Source of the DNA: Paecilomyces variotii
Lineage: Eukaryota
Length of the DNA stretch: 64,000 nucleotides
Strand: one strand, 5' to 3'
Assembly: GCA_004022145.1 (NCBI GenBank)
Contig: RCNU01000020.1
Shown here: positions 11,315 to 24,997 of the stretch, one piece after another
How the letters are laid out: every line of letters starts with the position of its first letter
Position numbering within the stretch: position 1 is the first letter of the stretch
Program-made: the position numbers and the translations under genes
The notes under the pieces: generated by a model
Database searches by the model: none
The model's input: only the letters and a program-made list of their open reading frames with translations
Told to the model about the DNA's origin: nothing

Positions 11315-12753
11315 TTATGCAGCGTCGGCGGTGGGAATGGGCTCCGGGATCTTGGTGACCTGCTGGCCAGCACGGATGATACGCTGACCATTCTCGTCGC
11401 GAACGTGGTCGTTGTTCTCCTTGTGGGCCCGCTTCCAGATCTCGACCTCGCACCCACCACGGATGACACCAACTCTCATGGTCGAGAGAAGGTTGTGAGC
11501 GGCGTTGGAGTGGTAGTAGACACCGCCGTTGAACATGGCGGTGGCATCCTTACCGATACCCGAGTTGATCATAGCCTTGCCACCGGGGTGGTCCTTGATA
11601 AAGTCGGTGACATCGTGGACAACACCGGCGATAGAGATGAGACCACGGCCATTCTTGGCCTGCTCGACGTACTCGTCCCACTCCATGACGGGAAGCTGGT
11701 CCAGAGGAGTACCCCAGTCCAACCTGGCGCGCTTCTGGTCGATCTTCTTTTGCAGCTGCTGCAGACGGCCCTTCTCGATCTCATTGGCACGGAACTTCTT
11801 CAGATCGTATGCGAGGCCGAGCTGCTTCCAGATCCAGATAGTCCACTTAGTGGGGTCGTACTGATGCCATTCGATGGCATTGCGGTAGTCGGAGGGGAAC
11901 TCGTGGTGGAAGTTGTGGTATCCCTCACCAAGAGTGACCAGAGCGGTAATCACGTGGTCACGGGGGGAGTTGCGGTCATCGAAGGGCTGGTCTCCCAGCC
12001 AGTGGGCCAGGGAGTTAACGCAGAAGGTGGCCTGTTGGACGAAGAAGATACGCAGAATACCGGCGTAGATGAAACCACCGAACCAATCACCCCAGCCGAG
12101 ACCAGCGACCAGCATGGGGACGAGAAGACCCATGGTGAAGACGACCTTGAGGTAGTTGCGGTGTTGCCACATAACGACGGGGTCCTCGTTAAGATCCGAG
12201 ATATCGGTACGGCCGATGCGCTTGGGGTTCTGCTTCATGACCATCCAGCCCAGGTGGGAGTAGAGCAGACCCTTGCGGACGGAATAGGGGTCCTTGTCGG
12301 TATCGGTGTAACGGTGGTGAGCACGATGGTCGCGAGCCCACCAGCGGATGGAGCCCTCAACGGCACCGCCACCAACAGCTGCCAGCCAGATCCGCAGGGG
12401 GAGTGTAGCGGAATACGAGGTGTGAGCCCAGAGACGGTGGTATCCTGTATGTAGCCAAAGACGCTATTAGCCTCAAGAGGTCAATTGGTTTGGGATCGAG
12501 TCAGTAACGTACCCGCCGTGATTCCGAGACCGGTGAAGAAGTAGTAGACGACAGCCCAGATGGCGGTCTTGAGCTGCAGGGGCACCCAAAAGGCCTGGAT
12601 GCATCCGTACAGCGGGATTCCGATGATGAGGAAGACATTGAGCCAGTTGACGTGTTTGTACCAGTTCTGGCGAGTCATGACCGTATCGGCGATATGGACC
12701 TTCTTGGTCTCAGCAGGCCGCGGCCGCGCAGCCTCCGCGGGTTTGGCAGACAT
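11315..12753 (-). CDS. sdeA: Delta-9 stearoyl-CoA desaturase with C-terminal cytochrome b5 domain (~456 aa); intron 12445-12512
   Basis: His boxes [13 protein letters not shown] and YHNFHH; b5 motif HPGG; OLE1-like throughout. Confidence 0.96.
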
Positions 12754-15487
12754 GGTGAATGGACTCTTTCCTCCGATCACGTCCCTGTCTGCGTTTGAAG
12801 ATAGGGAAGCGATTGAGCGACGGACGGTTTCGAGGGAGGGAGGGGAAGGATTGAAGGGGAAAGGGGAGAGAGACAGGGAGACGAAAAAAGAAGAGGGCAG
12901 AGCGAGAAAAATAAGGGCCGTCAAACGTTGAGGCGGGGAGGACGAAAACTGATCTGAAAGGCAAAACGGGTCTAGCTGATGTTGGGGCGGGCTGAGAGGC
13001 GAGCTTGATCGACCGGAGAGGGAGAGAGAGAAAAAAGAGAGAGAAAGCGTCTCAACTCAACGTATAGTAATACTGTAATAATAATAATAATAATAATAAC
13101 AATGGGTATGATGCTAGAATGAGAGGATGCCAGCAGGTGGCGTCTTTCCCACACAGCTCTCTTTTTTGCCTCCGTTGGGTCCAGCATCCCCAACGTTTTC
13201 CGATGTCCGCGGGCGGTCAGGTTTCTACGCGCTGCCATTGGCCCATCGCGCGGTCCCTGAGTCCCCCAGCGTCGCCCAGACGCCAGAGCTTCCAGAACCA
13301 TGTACGATCCTTACCGTAATGATTACTGGCTGTAATTTGTACAGCCCTGGACGGTGGACAAGCCTTCCGCAGCCACTCATGGCCGCCTCCTGGAGATAAG
13401 ATCCGCGTGGCGTGTCAGAAGTCCGTCTCCCCAACGGTTTTCTGGCCTCGGTTCAGCCCTCACGCCACTGTTCCTTCTACCCGCGCACGTGATGCGGACT
13501 CTTTACGCGACAGTCCTCTACAGTAGAGATAATTATTATTATTATTGTGACCAGCAGAAGTCTCGTTGTTTTCCAGCGTTTCTTGCTGACAAGACGCTGC
13601 ATCGGACAGAGGGTCAGGGTAGATAGCTGCAACCGTTGGGGACGGGCGCTCATCCTGCAGCTAGGACGCCCGAATCCGCGTAATTCTGCAACCGGACCCT
13701 GACTTACGCGCCGATCGATGCAGATATCTACGAAGTACGAACCAACAATAATAACAATAATAACAACGCCGTCCTATTCTCAATAATATTTCTCTCCCGC
13801 ATTTCCAGATGATGGTGGAAGTTCTGCATCGACCTGGTATCGCCAGATTGCTAACCTCCGTCAGCAGCAGCAGGCACTTGGCATTCTTTACTACGGGACA
13901 AGGCAATAAATCAATGCGTATAGCAATGGACATGATCATTAGGTTGATGGAGAAGCCTCCCGGAATAATGCACATTAGGTAGTTGTCGTCACTTCTCTTA
14001 TTGGCTATACCTGCCAATCATCATGTAGTGTCGACTATACACCGCCAAGCTGACGGCCAAAGCTGGCGACAAATACTAGCAAGAGTATTCTCGCTACCAA
14101 ATCTGCAGCCACCGCATACTGATTGCAGAGGGAATAATTATTACGATAGATATGTTATTGTTATTGAAACTAGGGAAAAGCTTCCCCCATAATTTAATAT
14201 TTTCCCCACGCATACTAGGTAGGTATATCTGCAAAAGAAAGGTATAACTAAGAGTAATCGATCTTAGCGTCAACTCAAGGGGAAACCTCGCGCTTATTCC
14301 AGATTGTGTGCACTGTGGAGACTTCTCTCGGCCCTGGTAGTACGAACAATCCTTGGGCTAATGGGCTTGGACAGAAATACATACGTCGCCCTCAACTTTC
14401 TAAAAAAACAAAAAAAAAACAAAAAAAAACAAAAAGAGCTTGTAAACCCAATTACTCGATTATACAAAAAGCATCACATCTGGAAGAGGACGCATTATGC
14501 CACGAAATGCCAGGTGTGGGAGCTGGGTATGAAAACCGGAATAATGCGATGAACCTTAGTCTAGCCCGTGTGTTAACGGAAGTCCACGTGGTAGAACAGT
14601 CTATCCCTGCGAAGAGTGAAACCCTGATGGAGTTTCTTAAATATATATATATATATACTTGTTTAGACCTCTGGCTCCTAGTTATTTAATAGCTCGGTCT
14701 GTAACTCGTATAGAAGGTTGGATGAGTTGATCTCTACGGTACCTCCGGAGAACCGTGCATTGTGTGCTCGGTTCGGGATCTACCTCAGTATATACATCAA
14801 GGGATAGTTATGCTGTATAACTGTAGTGCCATCTCTTTCCTTGTTATGGGTCTTTAATAAGCTTGTAACCCTATTAACTAAGACAGTGTGCGTAGTAGGC
14901 TCCAAAAGTCGTATGGTTAGTCCCGAGTTGGAATCAGAACTACAGTCCCGGTTGTTCGTATCCGGTCAGAGGGAAATACGTAGTTACACAGGTGACAGCT
15001 GTGACAGAGCTATGCGATGCGGGTTGTGGGAGAATTTTATTGGAGGAATCGGGGTGAGCATACTGGCAATGGTACTTTCCATCTTTCCTAACTGTTCTTT
15101 GTCGACGGACAGCTGCGTGCGCGATTCAAATAAAATTCTCCGGGAAGGATTGTATAACTAACAAATCGAATAAAAACGGGTACAATGGGTGCGACCTTGT
15201 AGGGTGATCCCAAGGATTACCAATCGTAGAATGTGGCAGTTGACTGTTCGTCTTCACTGGGATCTATCTCAGTACAATTGCATCCCACAAGATAGCTCCG
15301 CTACAGACTTAACCGGTTTACGCCCACGCAGGCTGTGGGGGAGTGTGTTTGATTATGATTATGATTATTATGGTAGAGTGGGCGGCTGGAGATAAGCATC
15401 ACAGGGACCATCGGAGATCTCCAGGATACGACTATCGGGAATAGTAATACTCCGTAGCTGCCCGTGGGAAAACCTCTGTCAGGTACA

Positions 15488-15501
15488 TCGGGGGCGGCCG
15501 A
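15488..15501. promoter_or_regulatory. UaY (purine utilisation activator) binding site TCGG-N6-CCGA upstream of uapC
   Basis: TCGGgggcggCCGA is an exact match to the A. nidulans UaY consensus. GATA (AreA-type) sites lie nearby at ~15391, 15600, 15629, 15796 and 15809, with TATAA at ~15846. Confidence 0.75.
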
Positions 15502-15980
15502 CGGACGATGCAATGACTAACGTCGCCTGCAAATAATAAGACCTCGAACCAAGCACGGAGTATTCATAGTAGTTATCAAATAATGTCAACGCTTCATCTC
15601 TTATCACGCCCGCGCCCCGCAGTTCAGCGATAGAGAAGCCAGGATCGCGTCTCATTGGCGGGAAGCTACCGCGGGCGAGACTAGAGCACGAACCGGGGCA
15701 GATTAGCAGACTCCGCCCCCGGGTCTGTCTTGGCCTCGAGCTTTGAGGGATACTAATCGCATCAACTTTTGTTACTCGATTCGATTCCTCTTCATTATCG
15801 CTGCGGGAGATAGCTGGATGAGACGCATCGCCACTCCAGATTCAATATAAGGGCACTCTTGTGGTCGTCTCTTCACTGCAGTGGGTGTCCCATTGACCGT
15901 CACACGACCTCACGTGCAGATCCTCTTGACTCTCGATCAGATCAGAAGAAAGAGTCGACTCGAAGATAGGTTGGGTCGCA

Positions 15981-17930
15981 ATGGAAGGTCCAGATCAGAT
16001 TGGTCCCGAGATGGGACCTAAAAGAACATGGACGGACAAGCTCAGACGGATCAAGAAGACCTTGACCACCAAGTGAGTGGCGAACCAGCACATACCTAAC
16101 TCATCGGGGTCGTGCAGAAAGCGAAGATATGCTGAACGGGCACGGCAGGGATGGAATCATTGGGGATTATGACTATGCCTTTCTCTTCACTCCCAATCTC
16201 CCCTTCATGAAGCGGTCCCGTCAGTCAGCGCCCTTCTTTGGGCTGCACGATAAAATGCCAGTCGTACTGGCCTTGCTGCTCGGGCTGCAACATGCACTGG
16301 CAATGTTGGCTGGCGGTGCGTCTCTTCTACTCGGATCTCCTCTAGACACATCCACCGATCAAGAAATTAATCCGTCACAGTTATCGCTCCGCCCATTATC
16401 CTTGCCGCTTCCGCGAACTTCTCAGCAGAGATCACCCAGTATCTGGTGTCAACCTCCCTCATTGCATCAGGAATGCTCTCGGCCATCCAGATCACCCGCT
16501 TTCATATCTGGAAGACTTCCTATTATGTCGGAACGGGTCTGATCTCCGTCGTTGGAACGTCCTTTTCTATCATCCCCATTGCGACTGGAGCGCTGTCTCA
16601 GATGTACAAGACGGGATATTGCCCCGTCGATGAAGCCGGTAATTCACTGCCGTGCCCTCATGGCTACGGTGCTATCCTCGCGACGGCTGCGCTGTGTTCA
16701 CTACTGGAAATCGGCCTCTCATTCACAAGCACCAAAGTCCTCAAGCGCATGTTTCCCCCGCTGGTGACGGGCCCCACAGTCCTACTGATCGGTGCCAGTC
16801 TGATCGAAACCGGATTGAAAGACTGGGCTGGTGGTTCGGGCAACTGTGGCACCGACCCCTCTGCTCGTGCACTATGTCCCAGTGCGGACGCTCCCCATGC
16901 CTTACCCTGGGGTAGCGCAGAATTTATCGGTCTGGGATTTCTCGTCCTTGTCACTATCGTCCTTTGTGAGCGGTTTGGTTCGCCCATTATGAAGTCTTGT
17001 GCTGTGGTGGTTGGTCTGCTAGTCGGATGTATCGTCGCAGCGGCCTGTGGATACTTTGATCGCTCTGGAATCGATCAAGCGCCGGCTGCATCCTTCATCT
17101 GGGTCCATACATTCCCACTGAAGATTTATCCTCCTCTGATTCTACCGTTGCTGGCCGTCTACCTTGTCTTGATGATGGAAGCCATCGGTGATGTGACAGC
17201 CACTTGCGATGTCTCCCGCCTGGATGTGGAGGGGGAAATGTTCGACTCGCGGATCCGGGGAGGCGTGCTCGCTGATGGTTTCACCGGTCTGCTGGCCTGT
17301 CTATTCACCATCACGCCCATGTCGACTTTTGCCCAGAACAACGGTGTCATCGCGCTGACGAGATGCGCAAACCGGAAGGCCGGCTACTGCTGCTGCTTCT
17401 TCCTCATCATCATGGGCATCTTCTCCAAATTCGCCGCTTCCCTTGTCGCCATTCCGTCCCCTGTCATCGGTGGAATGACTACCTTCCTTTTCTCCTCCGT
17501 CGCTATCTCCGGCATCCGCATCATATCTTCAGTACCCTTTACCCGCCGTAATCGCTTCATCCTGACGGCCTCATTTTCCGTTGGTATGGGAGCTACTCTC
17601 GTGCCGGACTGGTTCTCCTACTTCTTTACCTATTCTGGTTCCAACAAGGGTCTGCTGGGTCTCCTCAACGCCATCGAGCTCATCATGGAAAATGGATTTG
17701 CTGTCACAGCCTTCCTCAGTCTGATCCTCAATCTGCTTCTACAAGAAGAGCCAGAAGACGACGTGGGTGTCATCACTGCGGATCTCGCTGACGTTGCGGA
17801 CGACCAACGCGAGTGGAACCAGATCCGCCATAATAACGCAGAGAGAAACGGCGAGAAAGGCGCGGGCGTAGATGTGGATGCCCCTCCCGATAAGAATCCA
17901 GGGTCGGCATCGAATTCTCTGACACTATAG
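15981..17930 (+). CDS. uapC: Purine (uric acid/xanthine) permease, NAT/NCS2 family (~602 aa); exons 15981-16072, 16149-16315, 16381-17930
   Basis: N-terminus MEGPDQIGP...GDYDYAFLFTP, LGLQHALAM, and the NAT signature QNNGVIALTRCA. UaY site in the promoter. Confidence 0.92.
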
Positions 17931-18193
17931 GCGATCTTTTTGATGTTGATGATTGTTATTTTTACGGGCCGATGGTCGAGCAGGGAGCTCCCAGAAATCT
18001 TTTCGGCAACATGTTATATATTTTCATTTCTAGATATCCATTTCGTTTGGCAACATGGCATAATTTTCGATTTTCCTGTTTCTTTATTCAGCATCAAACC
18101 ATAATAATCTCATTGGGGGGCTTTTTCAAGGTATCTCGTGGTTACCTCAATAACTTACAGGGGGACGGGAATATTCCCTCACCATATTCTCCT

Positions 18194-19695
18194 TCATACG
18201 GGCGGATCAGTCGGCTTGAGCATTTTGATATAAAAGTGCTCTCCTTCCTCCAAGACAGTTATTGAGTCATTGACATGAAGAGTGAATTCTGTCATCACAT
18301 AAGTCAGTCATTCGGTCATTCAGTCCGCAACACATCATGGAACCCGTGCCTGAAACGACATGAAGAGCGGATGAAGAAATGACAGGGAAACGGAGGCTCA
18401 CCCTCTTTGCTCGGAACAAGCTGCATTCCCAAACACGCATTCGTCCGATCCCCTGGGTCGATGCATCGGAAGCTCTTGAGTGTCTTATCCGGCTCAGAGG
18501 GATGGCGGATTCCCGTATCGGGATCAACGTTGGGAAGACGACAGCGGATTGTCCGGCACGCAGCGTGGATCTCTACGGATTCTTGCCTCCTCTGCTTTTC
18601 GTGGCCCCATTCCCCATTGATTATGGTGCCATTTGGACTATTCCCACCAACGAGGATCCTCTTCCATGAATCTTCTGCATACGCCGGAGGTCCCTCGATG
18701 ATGATATTCGCGCGGAACCGCCGCACACTCAGGTGTGGGATGGCTGTTGCACATCGCGCTGCGACGTCTCGTACGCTGGCAATATTGAGCAGATGCAGAG
18801 GATAAGCATCCGCGAAACCTGTCCGCGGCTGGAAGCCGAGGTGCTCTTTTCGCGGGGCGTTGCGGAAGATTTCCCGGGAGTGAGCTGGGGATACTCGAAA
18901 GAGGGATAATGGTGGGAAAGTGTTATCAGGAGAGAGAAAAGAGCGAAGAGAGGCAGGGAGATGATGTCCGTAGTTAAAGCCCATGGGGAAGTCCTTCCAC
19001 AGACGAACCGGTAGGAGGGGATAATTGTCTATTCTCTCTGCTGGTGGATTGAAAGGGACGCGGAATGAGCATTCTGAAGAACACAGACGCAGAGCGACAG
19101 CTAGCTTGATTATCCCACTCCAGAACGGATTGCTTGATGTCCTTGGATAATGGACAACCAGCACGCCTCCTGACTTCACCTCATCCAAATCAGGATGATA
19201 ATTCCTCGCAGCAGGATCCGGGACCCAAATCTCCGGCCGAATTAGAGCAAGTCTGCTGAACCGTCCATCTCGCATCGTCTTGAACTCCCATCGAGGCGCC
19301 TTCTCCTCTTCGCTCGCACCAAGGGGCACGTTCTTGGGCGTCAGGTACTCCGCGAAGCAGAATTGTCGGTCATATGTCAATCCAGTCGGCACGACGTCTG
19401 CGACGGAGAGTTCAACGCCAGCGCAGCTTTTGATAGGATACGCGAATAGAGCTTTGATGCGGTATTTCGAAGGGATGCTATTCCCCTTTACCTGATCGCA
19501 AGCAGGACGTGTGTATCTGGGATCATATTCATCGAATATATTGCTCTCCTTTGGGTCTAGACCGAGACGTCGACATCCTTTTGGCGTATTTTGAGATAAT
19601 TTCCATCGTAAGACAAGGAATATAGGTGCAGCGCAAAGGATGTATAGTATCGAATTCGACATGGCTGGTGTCGAAAACAGCGTCTCCAGAGCCAT
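18194..19695 (-). CDS. MOSC-domain (mARC-like) protein with N-terminal membrane anchor (~462 aa); intron 18289-18401
   Basis: Motifs YPIKSCAG, YDRQFCF, FADAYPLHL, RRFRANIII, CRTIRCRLPNVDPDTG and ACLGMQL. The start codon is uncertain (19695 or 19662). Confidence 0.9.
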
Positions 19696-19858
19696 TGTCG
19701 TATGTATATTATACAGAGTACTCTCCAATAGAGCTAGTAGACAGTAGATCGACAATCAAGAAAAGTTATGCATGATTGTCCCCTACATAATGATTTATTA
19801 TTAGAACGAAATATGCAGATTGAAGCCATGTCAATAAAAACTCGAATCACCTTGGCAA

Positions 19859-19981
19859 TCGCGAAATTCGGCGTTCGGCTTAAAAATCGATTTGGTCGAG
19901 CCCGGGAGCGGAGGCCGAAACTCGGGAAACGCGCGCGTGGTGCTTAAGTTTCCCAAGTTGTCCTAAGTAAGTGGTACGCGT
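19859..19981. promoter_or_regulatory. MCB/SCB-like G1/S elements upstream of the Rad55-like gene
   Basis: TCGCGAAA at 19859, ACGCGCGCGT at 19929 and ACGCGT at 19976-19981. Confidence 0.55.
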
Positions 19982-20157
19982 TCCGCTCACGCTATCTATT
20001 CTGTCCATCTGCTCTATGTCCGCAAATCGCGGACATTACCATGAACGGTATTGATGATCGATTGGTAAGTAGGTGATGTTTTAGTGGTATTTCAGAGCTT
20101 CGATTCAAGGTTCTGAGGCATGTTATGACGAAATGAATCCTCGAACTTGGGTTGAAG

Positions 20158-21618
20158 ATGAGCACGCAAGATATCACTAATCTCTCCAGTCCGGAGATCC
20201 GTGAGTAGCCCGTTCCGTTTTGAATAGAAAGAATCGTATTGACGTTGTGTATCAGACCGGGTGATCTCGCTTCCAGCGTCGCAGTCTCTACGAGCATCTG
20301 CAGTGTCAGCTCCCGGGCCACTTCCAACAGGCCTGGAACGACTCGATGAGGCACTGAGCTTGTCTGCCCCAGGAATATCACCCTCAACCCAGAGCCAGCG
20401 GTCGAAAGGGATCCCAAGGGGCCATGTCACAGAAGTCTTTGGTCCACCTGGGGTTGGCAAGACCTCTTTGGCGTGAGTGTTTTTTATTTTTATTTTTTTT
20501 TTCTCTCTCTTAAGCGAGGTATTTAGCAATCCTAACGGATGTATGTAGCATGAGAACGACTGCGAATGCTTTACTTGCCGAAGAGAAGGTCGTTTGGATA
20601 GGTTTGTCTTATGCTATTCCACGTCATGTTCTTTGTTACTCATTTTCACCAGACACCGGATCGCCCATTCCTACTCCCCGTCTGCGAGGAATGTTACAGA
20701 AGGCTATTATCAGCTCAGCTGAAGACACTCGACCTTCTTCAGGGCCTGATACATCAGTCGATTCTCTAATGGAGAATCTCACTTACTTCCGCGCCCAGTC
20801 CCTTCCCCATCTCCTAGCCCTTCTGGTGCATCCGCCCAAAGAGTTCCCTCCCGAAGGAACGGCACTTCTCGTTATTGATACCATATCGGGGCCATTTCCT
20901 TCCTACTTCCCTAATGTCACAGAGCTCAAGTCTCGTCTTTCCCAGGGGAGAGTTACAGATAGCCAGCAGCTCCAGTGGCTTTTGAATCGGAAATGGAACG
21001 TTACCAGCGACCTTGGGAACCATCTGAACAAGCTGGCGACTATCAATCGCATGGCGGTACTGGTGCTAAATCAGACACATACGAAAATAAAAGGACAGCC
21101 GCGACCGACTCTTTATCCTGCTCTAGCGGGAGGATCGTGGGAAACAGCCATCTATTCGAGAATCGTTCTTTATCGCGATTGGCCCGATCCCGAGGCTTAT
21201 GAAGACGTGGATGATTTTTCAGCCAGAAGAGTACGGTTTGCAGAGATCACAAAACGGTCAGGAAGGGTGCGAAATCTAAGGAATGACGATGACATTGTTC
21301 CGTTCTTTATCGAGGATGTAAGTAGATGCCTTTTTCATCTATGAGACTGGTTTACATGGTTCTAATTTCCGTCAGGACGAATTTCGCGAATTGGTCAAGA
21401 GACCAACTCTGCCTCCGTCGAGTGCTGTCGTCAGCAGCAGTGTCGGCCCTACTGCTGCGAAGCTGCGGAAGAGAAAGGTCGACGAGATCGCAGACAGTGA
21501 GGATGACGATCTGGAGTCTGACGGCGATTACGGCTGGATTGAGAGCGATGACGCCGGCCTTCTTGCGGACGAAGACGAAAATCCCATCGAGGATTCTACT
21601 ACAGATCCTAATCAGTAG
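20158..21618 (+). CDS. rad55: Rad51 paralog (Rad55/Rhp55-like) DNA repair ATPase (~406 aa); exons 20158-20200, 20256-20472, 20549-20601, 20653-21317, 21376-21618
   Basis: LPTGLERLD, Walker [19 protein letters not shown] after splicing, Walker B LLVID, AVLVLNQ and an acidic tail EIADSEDD. The start could extend to 20041. Confidence 0.82.
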
Positions 21619-24600
21619 AAGCAGTATCGGGATGATATGCTACATCTCAGGATCGACTGCCTTTCAGCATTCGCCATTGCAAGAGAGATATTCCTGTTTT
21701 TCCAACTGATAGAAGGACATGTCAGAAATACATGGACCCTGATGAATAGGATAATCAGGATATCTGCTGGATTACTGAAGTGAAAGGCATGCGGCTACCA
21801 TCTACATATCACAATTTCTCAACACCGCGGCCGCAGCTTCTGCCCGGGAGATTCGGGCCGAATGCACGAGCAAAATAGGCCGGCTCAGCAACCGTTGAAG
21901 CTGTTGGGATCAATCGGGAACTGCTACTCGAGTCTGCTCCCTGGCCAGAAGTCAGACATGGTTAAATGCTCATCATGTTGCAAGTCTCGTCCGTTGGATG
22001 ATGGGCGAGCATCTCGCCGTCCATTGGTGGTAATTTCGCTCGAGGATCCGTAATAGGCCTGTTGGAAGCGTTAGACTACTACACTGCTGCACGTTCTACT
22101 GGGAACACAAGCAAAATAGATGGCGAGCTAATCCGGTATCACTAGAACTGCAGAACCTGCAACGTGAGACAAAGGAGTTCCTAGTTATATAGAAATTGAG
22201 TCTCATGGGATTGGTTAAGTAAAGACCTCTCATCTGCGTCAACTTCACTTAATCTCAATCCCCAATTGCTTGATTTATACTTGGAGCAATAATACTATCA
22301 GAGCTGGGTTCATTACGAGCTGCGTTCGCTGTATGATATTGGCGCAGTATTTTCACCCCTCGCCTCACTCAAGGTTGACCATAGCGCTATTAGACCCGTC
22401 TTCAGTGATTCCCAACATCCTTCCACGGGCATTGGGTGGTCGGTGGCTACTTCGTTGGCGAATACGGCTTCTTCCTTATCCTGAATACAAATAGGCTCAA
22501 AGTAAGAGATGTATCAGGTCAAATATCCATCTACTTCCACATGTTTATAATTATCCGAAGCATTCCTACTTTACATAATATCTCTATATTATAGCTATAA
22601 AATCGGGCCCACTTTCAAAATGGGATCCGGTTAATTTATTAAACACTGGTACCCGAAAATATTTTACGAACTTCCACAATTTCTCCACGCAGAGGAATGG
22701 GGACAGTCAGAAAGGTCAATGCCTTCCAGACATCTGCTGTCCATTAAAAGAGGAAACACTGTATCTACAACCTTACAACTGAACCAGTCTCGGCACAGTA
22801 AGTAGCTCAACATTTGAAGTATAATGTTATTTGCATAGGCTTTAGCATTTCCCTCAGACCATTGTCCCAGATGAAGGAAGAAGACAACAGATGTATAGTA
22901 GAATGGCCATACGCTACACAGCTGCTTGAGCTCGCGTGCGCAGGATCTCTTCGTTCGAGAATGTGCTGTTTCATTGTAATGGATGAATTGAATACAACGA
23001 GCAATCAAGAGATATGATATATGCTTTTCTGCACTAACTTCGTCCATTCGACATCTAATATTGTGGCCCATAACACATAGAACGTAAGGAATCGGTAACA
23101 GCAGAGCACACAAACCAGCAACTCTGCCAACGATCGATAAGGACCTCATCTATAATTCAATGACAGGATGCCCATCAGAACTAGACTACATCGGCATATT
23201 TCGCATTTTCAAACAAGAGATGATTACTCCGTCTAAAGCTAAGGATGAGTGGTTAAAAGGTCAAATGCCATGCTAGCAAAGCGAACGTCGCTTCCATCCC
23301 CTATAAAGTGTGTTGGATAGATACAAAAGTGCTAGCTATTACGATTCAAAGACACATCCAGTCCAGTATCCAACTCTGAGAGAATTGGAGCCTCTAAAGC
23401 AATGTAATGGAATCTTCCATAGGATAAGGACAGCGTTTGATTACTGCTATTGGCGTAGCTCTTTCTATCGCTGTGCGGCTATCCTTCCTACAGTCTAGTA
23501 TACTAACGACTGATAATTATCATGGCATGACCTACTTCGGCCCGGCCCGTTGTGGCTGACCGGACTAGCGACCAAAAGAGGGTGACAGGCTGACAGCAGA
23601 CTTTCCCCGGCTTTCTCACCGGGTAAAGTCCATTCTTTTGTACGCTAGAGCAGATGTGTGCACGTGCATGGTTCTTAGAACCGTGAGGGGTAAATTGATG
23701 TCTAGATATGCATGAACATGGACTTGGACTTGGACTTGGACTAGCTGATGGTTAGGGCTTCGGGAGGAAATACCATATGCTAGTTAAGCATGCTAGCTCT
23801 GCATGGTAGGTAGTATGCGTAACCTTACTGTAGTAGGACTAGCTAGTTATGTAGTAATATTTTTTCGTTCTACATGTTGATCATGCTGAGTAGTCATATG
23901 TTCTGTTTCTTTGCTGTATAGTTCATGTTTCCTATTCACATGGGGATGTGAGCGTGATCTAACTATCAGCATGGTTATTATACCATAGATCGGTGCTTAT
24001 CAGTGAGCTTCAAATCGGCTGTGAGGATCGGCACCGGCAGAGGAATCAGCATCACCTGACTCTTGCACCACCCCGCTCGTCCCTGGTCGATTTTTGTCCA
24101 CACACTGTCACACCCAGCGCGACGGCCGGCCAGTGATGCAGCGAGGGACCCTGACGGTCATCGCGGATCGACGGCCAGACCGACAGCATCAATGCAGCTA
24201 ACATCGTATCCCTGCCCGGATGCCAAGCGTTCGAGACTCGTATGATACGATGCAGCTCGGTTGCATTCCGCGAGATAACCTGGTAGTACCACGGGGTCGT
24301 TGCGGAGTAACTCTTTTAAGGCATACGCAGGAGGGTCGCTGGGTTGGAGACAGTTGAGATTACTTAATCCATTTTTCTTGTAGTTATCTCAAGAATAGCT
24401 AGTTATAGTTCAAGAATAATATGATAAGAAACGAAATCAACACAGATCTGAAAGAGGTCCACCCGCAAGCACGGCAGCGGGTTCGCAGAAACGACCCATC
24501 TTGCCAGCCACGCTGGACCACCGATCGATCTAATCTATAGCGCAAGTGCTGCTTTTCCGTGCAACACAGAACCCATCACGAGTGCCCACGAATGATGTGG

Positions 24601-24997
24601 TCAGAAGCAGAAGAAAGAGATAGAGGAGCGTGTCGTGGAGATGTAGGTGAATTAAAGCCGACTCCGGACGGCCGAGGAGAGGAGAGGAAAAGAGTAATTA
24701 TCGAACAGCAGCAGCTTGAGATTGGGGTAGTCACTCTAAAGAGGGGTAGAAGAAACAAGAAAGATAAGAGTCAGGCACATCTCCTGGGGAAAGATGAAAC
24801 ATGATAATGGCCAAAAAGATAAAAACAAAACAAAGACCCAATCCGTCTATATTGCGTGGACTCCGTTTCAACCATCCAACCGACACCAAGCAGGTATGCC
24901 CGTAAACAGTACCAAATGCAAAACAAGTCTAATCGTGTCGTGGCATGCGTGAAGTTTTGTAGTAGTGATGATGTTGAATTTGGGGGGAACGGCCATT

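Noticed and set aside
11150..12454. 434-aa + strand ORF
   Set aside because: Antisense shadow of the codon-biased sdeA gene; no recognisable motifs.
22664..23149. 161-aa minus-strand ORF
   Set aside because: Atypical composition and no motifs; probably spurious.
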